Positions 1 to 9,449 of a stretch of 64,000 bases of DNA are shown here, one piece after another. The notes under the pieces were generated by a model that worked only from the letters and a program-made list of their open reading frames with translations, was not told the DNA's origin and did no database searches. The translations under genes were made by a program, and so were the position numbers. Location of the stretch: assembly GCA_965218795.1 (NCBI GenBank), contig OZ244653.1, positions 4,576,001-4,640,000 of the forward strand, given 5' to 3'. Each line of letters starts with the position of its first letter. Positions within the stretch are counted from its first letter, which is position 1. The stretch comes from a bacterium. Lineage in GTDB: Bacteria; UBA8248; JACPRG01; G963555815.

Positions 1-876
1 CCCATCCTCTATGCCGCGCTAGGTGAGATCTTGGTAGAGCGCGCGGGCGTGTTAAACGTCGGTATCGAAGGTGGGATGCTCATGGGGGCCCTCGGGGGAT
101 TTCTTGGCGCCTTCTATTTTCACAGCGTGTGGGTGGGACTGGCGGCGGCCATGGCTGCGGGAATCCTGCTCAATTGGATATTGGGCTACCTCTGTGTGAG
201 CCTCGGGGCCGACCAGATGGTCACGGGAATCACATTGAACCTCCTCGCGCTGGGTCTGACCTCTTTTCTCTTCCGCCTATTTTTCAAGGGCGCCAGCCAG
301 CCGCCTTCCGTTCCGCCCATCGCGAGGATTCACGTACCGCTGCTCGCGGATATTCCCTTCCTTGGGCCAGTTCTGTTCCAGCAAACCGCATTGCTCTATG
401 TCGCTCTCGCGCTGGTGGCCGTCCTATGGGTTCTTCTCTACCGGACGTCCGTAGGTCTGAATCTTCGGGTCGTGGGAGAGCATCCCCTGGCCGCAGAGAC
501 TGTGGGGATTCATGTGATCCGCACCCGTTACACCTGCCTTCTGATAGGAGGTGCGATGGCCGGGGTCGGTGGGGCCGCTATCTCACTGGGTGAGTTGAGC
601 CTGTTTTTGGAGAACATGACCGCTGGTCGCGGTTTCATCGCGCTGGCCATCGTCATCTTCGGGAGATGGGATCCATGGCGGGCGCTCGCCGGCGCCTTTC
701 TCTTTGGATGGGCGGACGCGTTACAGCTCAGACTTCAAGGCGTAGGGCTCAATATCCCCTTTCAGTTTCTGCTGATAGTTCCCTATGTCTTGACCATCGT
801 CATTCTCGTCGGACTCGTGGGCCGGTCCCAACCCCCTGCGGCCCTAGCCATGCCTTACGAAAAGGAAGAGGCCTGA
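1..876 (+). CDS. ABC transporter permease, BMP/nucleoside (BPD_transp_2) type; 5' end outside window
   Basis: Frame open from base 1 (PILYAALGEILVERAGVLNVGIEG); motifs GEHPLAAETVGI and MTAGRGFIALAIVIFGRW; hydrophobic. Confidence 0.9.
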   Translation, partial: PILYAALGEILVERAGVLNVGIEGGMLMGALGGFLGAFYFHSVWVGLAAAMAAGILLNWILGYLCVSLGADQMVTGITLNLLALGLTSFLFRLFFKGASQPPSVPPIARIHVPLLADIPFLGPVLFQQTALLYVALALVAVLWVLLYRTSVGLNLRVVGEHPLAAETVGIHVIRTRYTCLLIGGAMAGVGGAAISLGELSLFLENMTAGRGFIALAIVIFGRWDPWRALAGAFLFGWADALQLRLQGVGLNIPFQFLLIVPYVLTIVILVGLVGRSQPPAALAMPYEKEEA

Positions 877-936
877 ACGACCAAACCACTCCATAACACT
901 GCAAAGGGTGTAGGCGTCATTTTGGACTTGTATGAC

Positions 937-2107
937 TAGTGTTTCGTCTCAAGAATAAGTAGGCAAAAGTCATGTTTGTGCATAGGTTTCCTGATCACCC
1001 CTTTTTCAAGGAGGAACCTATGCCACGGGGACGCCCGCTGAAAGCTTTGGAGTTGAGCGATGATGCTCGACAGCAATTGGAGTCTATGGCCCATTCCCGC
1101 AGCCTACCCCATGGGCTGGTGCGCCGTGCCCAGATTGTCTTGTTGGCCGCCGATGGCAAGCCCAATCGTGCGGTTGGCGAGGCGCTTGGCGTGAATCGTG
1201 CCACCGTGGGAAAATGGCGCCAGCGGTATCTCGACCGCGGCCTGATCGGCCTGTATGACGAATTGCGGCCTGGAGCGCCGCGATCGATTGAGGATGAGCA
1301 AGTGGCCGAGGTCGTATACAAGACACTCAAAGAGCGTCCCAACGAGGCGACCCAGTGGACGGTGCGTTCCATGGCGCAGGCGACGGGTGTATCCAAAGAT
1401 ACGGTGCATCGCATCTGGCGTGCCTTCGGGTTGCAGCCCCATCGACAAGCGCACTTCAAACTCTCCACGGATCCCTTCTTCGTGGAGAAAGTACGCGACA
1501 TCGTGGGGTTATACCTGAATCCGCCCGAGCATGCCATGGTGCTGTGCGTGGACGAGAAGAGCCAGGTCCAGGCTCTGGAACGCACGCAGCCGTTGCTGCC
1601 CTTGGGCTTGGGCTATGTGGAAGGGGTCACCCACGACTACAGGCGCCATGGCACAACGACTCTGTTTGCCGCGCTGGACATCCAGACCGGAGAAGTCATG
1701 GCGCAGTGTAAGCCCCGCCATCGTCATCAGGAATTTCTTCAGTTTCTACGCCACATCGAGGAGCAGGTGCCGCCGGATTTGGACATTCATTTGGTGATCG
1801 ACAACTACGCCACCCACAAGCACGCCAAAATCAAGCAATGGTTGGCAAGACACCCACGGTTTCAACTCCACTTCACGCCGACGTATGCTTCCTGGCTCAA
1901 CCAAGTGGAAATCTGGTTTCACATCATCACGCAACGTGCGATTCGACGGGGCTCCTTCAACAAAGTGAAAGAACTGATCCGCCGGATTGACCGATTCACC
2001 GACCACTGGAACGAAAACGCCCAGCCGTTTGTGTGGACGGCCACGGCCGATTCCATCCTTGCAAAGATCAAACGCCTTTGTGAAAAAATTTCTGCGACAG
2101 TACACTA
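937..2107 (+). mobile_element. IS630-family insertion sequence, copy 1
   Basis: Imperfect terminal IRs GTGTTTCGTCTCAAGAA / TTTCTGCGACAGTACAC flanked by a TA duplication (937-938, 2106-2107) in CTAG context; matches the copy at 19176-20346. Confidence 0.95.
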
Positions 2108-2108
2108 G
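1020..2108 (+). CDS. IS630-family transposase
   Basis: HTH plus DDE motifs [29 protein letters not shown]; AGGAGG RBS before ATG at 1020. Confidence 0.95.
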   Translation: MPRGRPLKALELSDDARQQLESMAHSRSLPHGLVRRAQIVLLAADGKPNRAVGEALGVNRATVGKWRQRYLDRGLIGLYDELRPGAPRSIEDEQVAEVVYKTLKERPNEATQWTVRSMAQATGVSKDTVHRIWRAFGLQPHRQAHFKLSTDPFFVEKVRDIVGLYLNPPEHAMVLCVDEKSQVQALERTQPLLPLGLGYVEGVTHDYRRHGTTTLFAALDIQTGEVMAQCKPRHRHQEFLQFLRHIEEQVPPDLDIHLVIDNYATHKHAKIKQWLARHPRFQLHFTPTYASWLNQVEIWFHIITQRAIRRGSFNKVKELIRRIDRFTDHWNENAQPFVWTATADSILAKIKRLCEKISATVH

Positions 2109-2923
2109 GGCCTGTTAGCACTAGTGGTTGAGATCATGTTATCCTTTGCGGATGGAGATCACCCAAGCTCAGTACGAACGCATTGCACCCTCCCTGCCGG
2201 TGCAACGCGGCAACGTCAGCCTGTCGAACCTGCAAGTGCTCAACGCCATCCTGTACGTCGCCGAGCATGGCTGCAAGTGGCCGGGGGCTGCCGACCCGGT
2301 TCGGTAACTGGCACACCATCTACACGCGCATGAACCGCTGGTCCAGGAACGGCGTCCTCGACCGGGTCTTCGAGCAGTTGCAGCGGGAACGGATCGTGCG
2401 CATCCAGCTCGAGGCGGTGTCGCTGGACAGCACCATCGTCAAGGTCCATCCCGACGGTACGGGCGCGCTACAAAAAACGGCCCCCAGTCCATCGGCAAGT
2501 CCCGCGGCGGCTGGACCACCAAGGTTCATCTGGTTGCCGCGGATGCTCGAACGGCCCTGACGTTCTCGCTGTCGCCCGGACAGGCGCATGACGTGCCGGA
2601 AGGGCGCAAGCTGCTGAACCGCCTGGGTCGGCGGCACGGCAACCCGTCCCTGGTGATGGACCGCGCGTATGAGGGCAGCGAGACACGCCCACTGGCCTTG
2701 GCGCTGGGGTACGCGCCCGTGGTTCCGCCTCTCAAGACCCGGCTCGACCCTTGGGCGTACGACCGGGAGACGTACAAGAGGCGCAACGAGATCGAGCGTC
2801 TGTTCCGCCGATTGAAGGGCTTTCGCCGGATCTTCATCCGCTTCGAGAAACTCGACGCCCTGTACCTCGGGTTCATCCTGTTCGCACTCATCGTCGATGC
2901 ACTGCGCTAGGGTTAACAGGCCC
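2108..2923 (+). mobile_element. IS5-family (IS427-like) insertion sequence
   Basis: IRs GGGCCTGTTA (2108-2117) / TAACAGGCCC (2914-2923), TA on both flanks. Confidence 0.9.
2152..2910 (+). pseudogene. IS5-family transposase with A6 slip site and an additional frameshift
   Basis: MEITQAQYERIAP...NAILYVAEHGCKW, extra base near 2281, then RGLPTRFGNWHTIY...SLDST; A6 run at 2472-2477; DRAYEG and RRNEIERLFRRLKGFRRI. Confidence 0.85.
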
Positions 2924-2970
2924 TAATCAGCCACTTGAAGGATGGAGACTATTTTGAAGATGGATAAATG

Positions 2971-3370
2971 TGTACAGAGATGGTAATCACCTGACAGTCT
3001 GGCCGTCGCTCGCGACTGCGAGAGTCAGGCGCGCCGGCGGTGGCCACGCCGCTCCTGGAAGGGGTTAGGATCGTTTTTGCACAAACATCCAACCTTTCAG
3101 AAGAACGACATGACCACCCAGGACAAGATAGCACGGCGCAAGCTGAGCTTGCTCGAATTGGCCAACGAGATGAGCAACGTCTCCAAGGCATGCCGGATCA
3201 TGGGCTATTCGCGCCAGCAGTTCTACGAGATCAGAAGGAACTACCAGCGCCTGCGGCGCCGAAGGGCTGATCGACCGACGGCCCGGCACCAGAGGCCCGC
3301 ATCCCAACCGGGTCTCCGAACAGGTCGAGGCCGCCATCCTCGCCCGTGCCCTGGATCATCCGGCCCAAAG
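2971..3370 (+). mobile_element. IS481-family remnant (left end plus truncated, frameshifted transposase from ATG 3110)
   Basis: TGT-starting end TGTACAGAGATGGTAATCACCTGACA; MTTQDKIARRKLSLLELANEMSNVSKACRIMGYSRQQFYEIRR, then shifted PHPNRVSEQVEAAIL. Confidence 0.8.
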
Positions 3371-3375
3371 GGTAC

Positions 3376-4281
3376 TTATTCCGCAGCTTCCGCCGGCAAT
3401 TCGGGAATACGGCCTTCATAATAAGGAAGTTCGTCGATGCGGGGCTCCCAGCTGCCATCATCGATGCATTTCCGTACATGTCGCGCGATGTCCTCCATGG
3501 TGGCGAACCAGACGCCCCCCTTATCGAGCATGTACTCGATCATCTTGGCCACGCGGGCGCATCGGGCCAGCCGCCCTGAGACGAACGGATGCCAGACGGT
3601 CACCCAGAGTCCGCCGAACTCCCACATCGCCTCGAATTCCGACATGAAGACATTCATGGCTTCATCGGGCGCTTTGATCGGCATCATGTAATGCATGTCG
3701 ATGGAATGGGTGTAGTGGGGCCAGTCGTCCATTGCCCAATGCGACGGGAGTTCAATGATATCGCCCTTCTTCGTCCGCAGCACATAGGGGATATCGTCGC
3801 CCATCAGCGTCGCGTCATAGATCATTCCGGCGTCAATGAGCAGATCCGGAGAATCCTTTGAGGCATTATAAAGCGGACCGCGCCAGCCGCGCGGCTTCTG
3901 GCCGGTCACCTTCTCGATCACATCGACCTGCCGTTGGAGCCAGTACTGCTGCTTGTCCAGAGGTTGGCGATTGGGGTCCTCGTGCAGGTAGCCGTGAGCG
4001 GCGATTTCGTGCCCGTCCTTCAGGATCATCTCGACCATGTGGGGGTATCGCTCTATGCACCACGCAGGATAGAAAAACGTTTGCTTGAGGTTGTACCGCT
4101 TGTACATCTCAAGGATTCTTGGTATCGCCACTTCGTCGTATTTCAGCCAAGACATGGTCGACAACATCTCCGGCGCATTGTCGGTGTGCTCCAAATGCAG
4201 AATGCTGTCGGTGTCGATGTCGAACGTGATGGCGGCCGCGCAACGGGCCCCATCAGGCCATGGAACGGGATTCCTGATCAT
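3376..4281 (-). CDS. Polysaccharide deacetylase family protein (PuuE/allantoinase-like)
   Basis: WPDGARCAAAITFDID, HEIAAHGYLHE, GWRGP, DDWPHY, VWHPFVSGR. Confidence 0.85.
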   Translation of the reverse strand: MIRNPVPWPDGARCAAAITFDIDTDSILHLEHTDNAPEMLSTMSWLKYDEVAIPRILEMYKRYNLKQTFFYPAWCIERYPHMVEMILKDGHEIAAHGYLHEDPNRQPLDKQQYWLQRQVDVIEKVTGQKPRGWRGPLYNASKDSPDLLIDAGMIYDATLMGDDIPYVLRTKKGDIIELPSHWAMDDWPHYTHSIDMHYMMPIKAPDEAMNVFMSEFEAMWEFGGLWVTVWHPFVSGRLARCARVAKMIEYMLDKGGVWFATMEDIARHVRKCIDDGSWEPRIDELPYYEGRIPELPAEAAE

Positions 4282-5552
4282 GCTCCTTTTCCCTCCTGGC
4301 GGCATAGACGGTTGACCTGATTTGTAACGCTCGCGATCGTCTCGATTTCAATCAGCAGGTCCTCGTATGCAAATCCTGCGACCCGAACGGCCGTCGCCGC
4401 GGGCCCCGGGTCTGGAAGATACTCCATGCGGACCTTGGTCATTTTCTCCCAAAAGTCAGTGATATCCCCGCCTTCGCCCTCGAACTGATAGAATGTATTG
4501 AGCCGAACCATGTCGTCGAGGTCCGCGCCGCCCTCCTTGAGCACGCGGCGGATGGACTCGAATACGTTGCGTGTCTGCGCGGCAATATCACCGGGGCCGA
4601 CTGTTCGTCCCTGGTTGTCGGCTGAGATCTGGCCACCGACGAAGATCAAGTCGCCAACCTTCCAGCCTTGGGAAAGAGGGATCGGCATGCTCCAGTCCCA
4701 GTGATCCGCGGGCATCAGCCGCGTCTTTGGGCCCGTCGCGGCAATCGCTTCTATCTCAATCAGGAGATCTTCATAGGCAAGCCCCGCCACGCGGACAGCG
4801 GTGCCCACGGGTCCAGGGTCCGCGAAGTACTCCATGCGAACCTTGGTCATCTCTTCCCAGAATTCCGTTATCGCCCGACCCTCACCCGCATACACATAGT
4901 AGGTGTTGAGCTTGACGATGTCGGACAGGTCCGCGCCGGCCTCGTTGAGCACGCGGCGGATACATTCGAATGAGTTGCGGGTCTGAGTGGCGATGTCGCC
5001 GGCGCCGACCGTACGGCCCTTCTCGTCCGCCGATATCTGACCACCGACGAAGATCAAATCGCCGACCTTCCAGCCCTGCGAGAAGCTTACCGGCATGCTC
5101 CAATCCCAGTGTCCCTTGGGCATGATGCGGGTCTTCTTCACGCCGACCGCGGCAATGGCCTCGACCTCGATCAAGAGCCCCTCGTAAGCGAAGCCCTCGA
5201 CGCGGACGGCTGTCGCTGCGGGTCCGGGCTCCGGCAGGTATTCCATCCTGACCTTGGTCATTTCCTCCCAGAACCGGGTGAGTTCCGGGCCCTCGCCGTC
5301 GAACTGGTAATACGTGTTGAGCTTGACGATGTCGGACAGCTCGGCGCCGGCTTCGTTGAGCACACGCCTGATATGCTCGAACACGTTCCGGGTCTGGAGG
5401 GCGATGTCGGCTTCGCCGATTGTGCGGCCGCGTTCGTCAGCCGAGATCTGACCGCCAACGAAGATCAGGTTCCCGACTTTCCATCCTTGCGAAAATGGGA
5501 CCGGCATACTCCAGTCCCAATGGTTCCCCGGCATTATGCGGATCTTCGTCAT
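4278..5552 (-). CDS. Rid (YjgF/YER057c/UK114) family protein with three tandem domains
   Basis: Three repeats of HWDWSMP.P.SQGWKVGDLIFVGGQISAD...QTRN.FE.IRRVL...D.VKLNT...LIE.EAIA. Confidence 0.9.
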   Translation of the reverse strand: MTKIRIMPGNHWDWSMPVPFSQGWKVGNLIFVGGQISADERGRTIGEADIALQTRNVFEHIRRVLNEAGAELSDIVKLNTYYQFDGEGPELTRFWEEMTKVRMEYLPEPGPAATAVRVEGFAYEGLLIEVEAIAAVGVKKTRIMPKGHWDWSMPVSFSQGWKVGDLIFVGGQISADEKGRTVGAGDIATQTRNSFECIRRVLNEAGADLSDIVKLNTYYVYAGEGRAITEFWEEMTKVRMEYFADPGPVGTAVRVAGLAYEDLLIEIEAIAATGPKTRLMPADHWDWSMPIPLSQGWKVGDLIFVGGQISADNQGRTVGPGDIAAQTRNVFESIRRVLKEGGADLDDMVRLNTFYQFEGEGGDITDFWEKMTKVRMEYLPDPGPAATAVRVAGFAYEDLLIEIETIASVTNQVNRLCRQEGKGA

Positions 5553-5735
5553 GCCGATGGCGCCTCCCTCGTAGAACGCCTGACCGCTCACACAAAGTAT
5601 AGAAGCTTTCGGTTGCGTTGGATAGGCGCGGCAATCTAGTGGACACCATCCTTAATCTATGCTGATGTCCTCTTTTTCGTCCTGGTTGCGGCCTTTACAG
5701 GATACGGCCCCATGCCCCTTCAAGCCTTTTAGTCT

Positions 5736-5770
5736 CCCTCACCCTAACTCTCTCCCAGGGGGAGAGGGGT
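5736..5770. repeat. REP-like palindrome CCCTCACCCTAACTCTCTCCC..GGGAGAGGG
   Basis: Hairpin CTCTCCC/GGGAGAG next to the RAYT remnant; a related hairpin lies at ~24222-24250. Confidence 0.55.
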
Positions 5771-5967
5771 CTGCCTGTCCCCTCATGACGTCGTATCCTG
5801 TAAAGCTCTTTCTCGGATACCTCACCCAGAAGAAAGTCCTTCCGGTTCCCGACCCTTGCCAGCAGGGGATCGGCCTTCACCCGATCGTTGCCCCTGCCTG
5901 AGATATGCGCCGCTGCGTCACGTGATGGGGAACCCGGGCGCCACGCGACCCGCGCGGTCCTTGCCAT
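5770..5967 (-). pseudogene. REP-associated tyrosine transposase (RAYT) remnant, internally deleted
   Basis: N-terminus MARTARV..PGFPHHVTQR joined directly to C-terminal AAAHISGRG...PLLARVGN.KDFL...IRRHEGTGRPL. Confidence 0.7.
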
Positions 5968-5988
5968 ACGCGGCCATGCACGGACGCT

Positions 5989-6043
5989 CTGGATTCCTGT
6001 TGCAGGCCTGCCCTCGAATGTCTCAATCGGGGGCAGGAATGAC
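5989..6043. repeat. Dispersed palindromic repeat (CTGGATTCC...CCTGCCCTCGAATGTCT...GGAATGAC)
   Basis: Close relatives at 18413-18625, 21894-21945 and 22285-22310. Confidence 0.75.
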
Positions 6044-6174
6044 CGAGAGCCCGCCCCTGCATGGTTTCGGCAGGGGGCGCGCCAATCCGAAAGTCATTTC
6101 ATTACGTATGGTGTCCCTGGAAGCCAATGCCTCCTCACGGTCTTGCCTGCCCCGTCCCAACCGCTATGGCCCGA

Positions 6175-8085
6175 TCACGCCGGCATTGACCCGCTGGGGA
6201 GCACCTCCTTTTCCGGTGTCACGCGCCCGCGTTGAAGGAAGTAGACCCCGACGAGGACGACGAATCCCACCGTATCCGTCCACACGGAGCCGTGCAGCAG
6301 CGTCAACGCCCCCAGGAAGAGCAGGAGGCGATCCACCCAATTGGCCGGCCGGATATAATAGCCGGCCGTCGAGGCCGCCAGGCACACGACACCCATCACG
6401 GCCGTCAGCGCCGACCAGATGATAGCGACGAGCCCGCCTTCCAGAAGCAAGGCGTTGTTGAACACGAAGAAGTAGGGGACGAGAAAACCCGCCAGCGCGT
6501 AGCGAAAGGCGAGCCATCCGGTCTTCCAAGGGTCGCTCCCGGCGATGGGAGCTGCGGCGTAGGCCGCCAGAGCGACCGGCGGGGTCACGTTGCAAACGAT
6601 GGCGAAGAAGAAGACGAACATGTGGGAGGCTATCGGGGAGATGCCCAGCGCCTGGAGGGCCGGAGCGCCCAGGGTCGCCACGATGATGTAAGCCCCGACG
6701 GTGGGCATCCCCATCCCCAGGGTCAGCGAGGCGATCATCGTCAGAAACAAGGCCACGATCAGCACTCCGCCGGAGAGGTACTGAATCAGCTCGTTGAGCC
6801 GAAGGCCCAATCCTGAGATGACGATGAAGGAGACCACGATCCCGGCACAGGCCCCCGTGACACCCACCGAAACGACCCCGCGCCCCGCGCGGTCCAGTGC
6901 ATGCAGGAATTTTCGAGGGGTGATCCGGCTCTCCCGGCGAAAGGCCGTGACGATCAGAATCACGATGATGGCCCACATCCCCGCCTTGAGGGCGGTGAAC
7001 CCATTCACCAGGAAAAACACGATGGCGCCGACCGGGAGAAAGAGGAACCAGCCTTTTTTCAGGACTTGGCCCACCCGGGGGAGGTCCGATTTTTTGAGGC
7101 CCTCCAGGCCGAGGCGTCTGCAGATGAAGTGGACCACCATGCCCACGGAAAAGAAGTACAGCAGGGCCGGTATGAGGGCGGCCTTCATGACGTCCAGGTA
7201 GGACACACCCAGGATCGCCGCGATGACGAAGGCCGACGCGCCCATGATGGGCGGCATGATCTGTCCGCCCGTGGAGGCCGCTGCCTCCACCCCGCCCGCC
7301 ATCTCCGGCCGGTAGCCCATCCGCTTCATCATCGGAATGGTGAAGGAACCGGTCGTGACGACGTTGGCGGCCGAGCTGCCCGAAAGGGCTCCGATCAGCG
7401 TGCTCGAGACGACCGCCACCTTCGCGGGCCCGCCCGAGAGGTGACCCGCAATCGCGTTGGCCAAGTCGATGAAGAAGTTGACAGCACCCGTTTCCTCCAG
7501 AAACGAGGAGAAGATGACGAAGATGATGATATAGGTTGAAAGGACACCGATGATGAGGCCGAACAGACCGTCGGTGGCCATGAAATTCAGGGTGATGAGC
7601 TCTTCCAGGGAGAAACCGCCGTGCGCGATGGCCAGCGGGAAGATTCTCCCGTACAGCGAGTACAGGAAGAACACCAACGTCAGAATCACCATGGGCCAGC
7701 CCACGGCCCGGCGGGTCGCCTCCAGGACCAGGAGCAGCAACAACCCCCCCAGCCAGAGGTCCAGACGGGTGGCCTCTCCCGCCCGGATCAGGATTTCTTC
7801 GCTGTTCATTGCGCTGTAGGCGCCGATGACGACGACCAGCGCCAGGCACAGGAGGTCCACCCCCAGAAGCCAGCGGTTGCCCGAAGCTTTTCGGCTGACG
7901 GGGTAGATGAGAAAAACCAGCAGAAGGATGAACGTCAGATCCAGGGATCGCTGAAAATAGGCTTCGAAAATCCCGAACTCGGCGGTATAGAGGTGAAACG
8001 CCATGAAGACGATGGCCACGACGCTGGCGGTCCAACTCCAGGCCGCTCCCGTCTTCCCCCGGGGTTTCAACTCCTTGTCCGCCAC
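6175..8085 (-). CDS. TRAP transporter fused 4TM/12TM permease
   Basis: GGPAKVAVVSS, SGSSAANVVTTG, ASTGGQIMPPIMGA, GMGMPT, VTPPVALAAY. Confidence 0.95.
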   Translation of the reverse strand: MADKELKPRGKTGAAWSWTASVVAIVFMAFHLYTAEFGIFEAYFQRSLDLTFILLLVFLIYPVSRKASGNRWLLGVDLLCLALVVVIGAYSAMNSEEILIRAGEATRLDLWLGGLLLLLVLEATRRAVGWPMVILTLVFFLYSLYGRIFPLAIAHGGFSLEELITLNFMATDGLFGLIIGVLSTYIIIFVIFSSFLEETGAVNFFIDLANAIAGHLSGGPAKVAVVSSTLIGALSGSSAANVVTTGSFTIPMMKRMGYRPEMAGGVEAAASTGGQIMPPIMGASAFVIAAILGVSYLDVMKAALIPALLYFFSVGMVVHFICRRLGLEGLKKSDLPRVGQVLKKGWFLFLPVGAIVFFLVNGFTALKAGMWAIIVILIVTAFRRESRITPRKFLHALDRAGRGVVSVGVTGACAGIVVSFIVISGLGLRLNELIQYLSGGVLIVALFLTMIASLTLGMGMPTVGAYIIVATLGAPALQALGISPIASHMFVFFFAIVCNVTPPVALAAYAAAPIAGSDPWKTGWLAFRYALAGFLVPYFFVFNNALLLEGGLVAIIWSALTAVMGVVCLAASTAGYYIRPANWVDRLLLFLGALTLLHGSVWTDTVGFVVLVGVYFLQRGRVTPEKEVLPSGSMPA

Positions 8086-8128
8086 GCTCGGCCCTCCATC
8101 GAAGAGGAGGCGTTCACCTCCATCTCAC

Positions 8129-8160
8129 GGGCGCCGAGGGTTTCGAACCCCCGGCGCCCG
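8129..8160. other. GC-rich stem-loop between the TAXI receptor and TRAP permease genes
   Basis: GGGCGCCG..GGGTTTCGAACCCC..CGGCGCCC inverted repeat. Confidence 0.5.
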
Positions 8161-8195
8161 CGCCCTCGGATTCTGATCGCCGGATCTGAGGGTTC

Positions 8196-9179
8196 TTACT
8201 CGGACCGGACGGTGATCCCTTTTTCCTTGAAATAGCGCGCGGCGCCTTTGTGGAAGGGAGCCGGAATACCCTCCGTGGCGGTCTTCCAGCTCATTTTCTT
8301 CAACCAGGCGAGCTTTTTGAACGGCGCGAGGTTCTCGTAGATGGACCGGGTGATCTTGTATACCAGGTCATCGGGCAGGTCCTTGCTCGCCACGAGCAGG
8401 GTGTTGTCGGAAATGGTCCAGGCGTCCTGCTCCTGGCCTTTGTAGATCCCCTTGGGTATCTTAACGGCCATGTAGCCTGGGTAGGTTTTGGCCATCCTGT
8501 CGGCCACGGCCTTGTCCATCCCCAGGACCCGAACGGGGAACGAGGTTTCCAGTTGCATGATCAGGGGGTTGGGCGTGGATTGGGCGAGCTGGATGACGTC
8601 CACTTGGCGGTCCTTCATGAGAAGAACGGCGTCGCCCCAACCCACGTGGTTGACTTTTCCGCCGGACTTGCGGATTTTGTCAAAGCTGAGCCCGTGGGCC
8701 TCCAGAATCCGTGCGTAGGCCAGTGTCGAGCCCCAACCCTTCTTGCCGGCTGAGGTCCGTTTTCCCTTGATGTCCTGGAAGGTCTTGATGGGGCTGTTGG
8801 CGGGCACGGTGATTGCAAAGACGGAATCCATGAAGATCCCGATCGCCCTGAATTTCTGGTAGGGTTTCTTGAAGGCTCCCTTTCCGCTCCAGGCCTCGCC
8901 GATGACGCCCGCATAGGTCAATCCCAACTGAATTCTGCCGTTCTCGATGTTGCGTACGTTGGTGATGGCCCCGCCAGTGGTCACCGTGGAGATCACGCCG
9001 GGGACCTTCTGGTTGATGACGCTGGCCGTGATGGACATGCTGGGGAACCAACTGCCGCCCATACTGGAAGCGCCGATTTTCAGAAAGGTCGTTTTCTGAG
9101 CCAGCGACGGGCTTGCCGAAAATGCGCCCAGAGCCAGTACGGTCAGGACAGCCAGGCAGGATATCGTCTTCCGGAACAT
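8196..9179 (-). CDS. TAXI-family TRAP solute-binding protein
   Basis: Signal peptide; GASSMGGSWFP, TTGGAITN, PFHKGAARYFKE. Confidence 0.92.
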   Translation of the reverse strand: MFRKTISCLAVLTVLALGAFSASPSLAQKTTFLKIGASSMGGSWFPSMSITASVINQKVPGVISTVTTGGAITNVRNIENGRIQLGLTYAGVIGEAWSGKGAFKKPYQKFRAIGIFMDSVFAITVPANSPIKTFQDIKGKRTSAGKKGWGSTLAYARILEAHGLSFDKIRKSGGKVNHVGWGDAVLLMKDRQVDVIQLAQSTPNPLIMQLETSFPVRVLGMDKAVADRMAKTYPGYMAVKIPKGIYKGQEQDAWTISDNTLLVASKDLPDDLVYKITRSIYENLAPFKKLAWLKKMSWKTATEGIPAPFHKGAARYFKEKGITVRSE

Positions 9180-9449
9180 GAACTTTCCCTCCTTATCGGT
9201 TACGAGGCGTGCAAAGCTTCCCGGGCATTCCCGAAAGCCCCGCGCGACATTCCTCCTCCTTCGGTACATCAGTCCGGTCGAATCTTATACGCGCATCGTC
9301 AGAAGGGACGGAGACGATTGCCCACGAATACGTTGGGTGATCAGGTCCCTTTCACGATCGATACTTGCCACGGGGCCGGTTCAGGCCTGCCAGTCGGGAA
9401 GCAGGGATGCCGTGCGGCCCTATCTGTTTCGCACGAGGGCGAACCTGGC

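Noticed and set aside
6164-8035. Long alternative-frame and antisense ORFs (also 11306-12598, 16732-18171, 22629-24158, 55577-57100)
   Set aside because: Shadow ORFs of well-supported genes in high-GC DNA, with Arg/Gly/Pro-rich composition and no motifs
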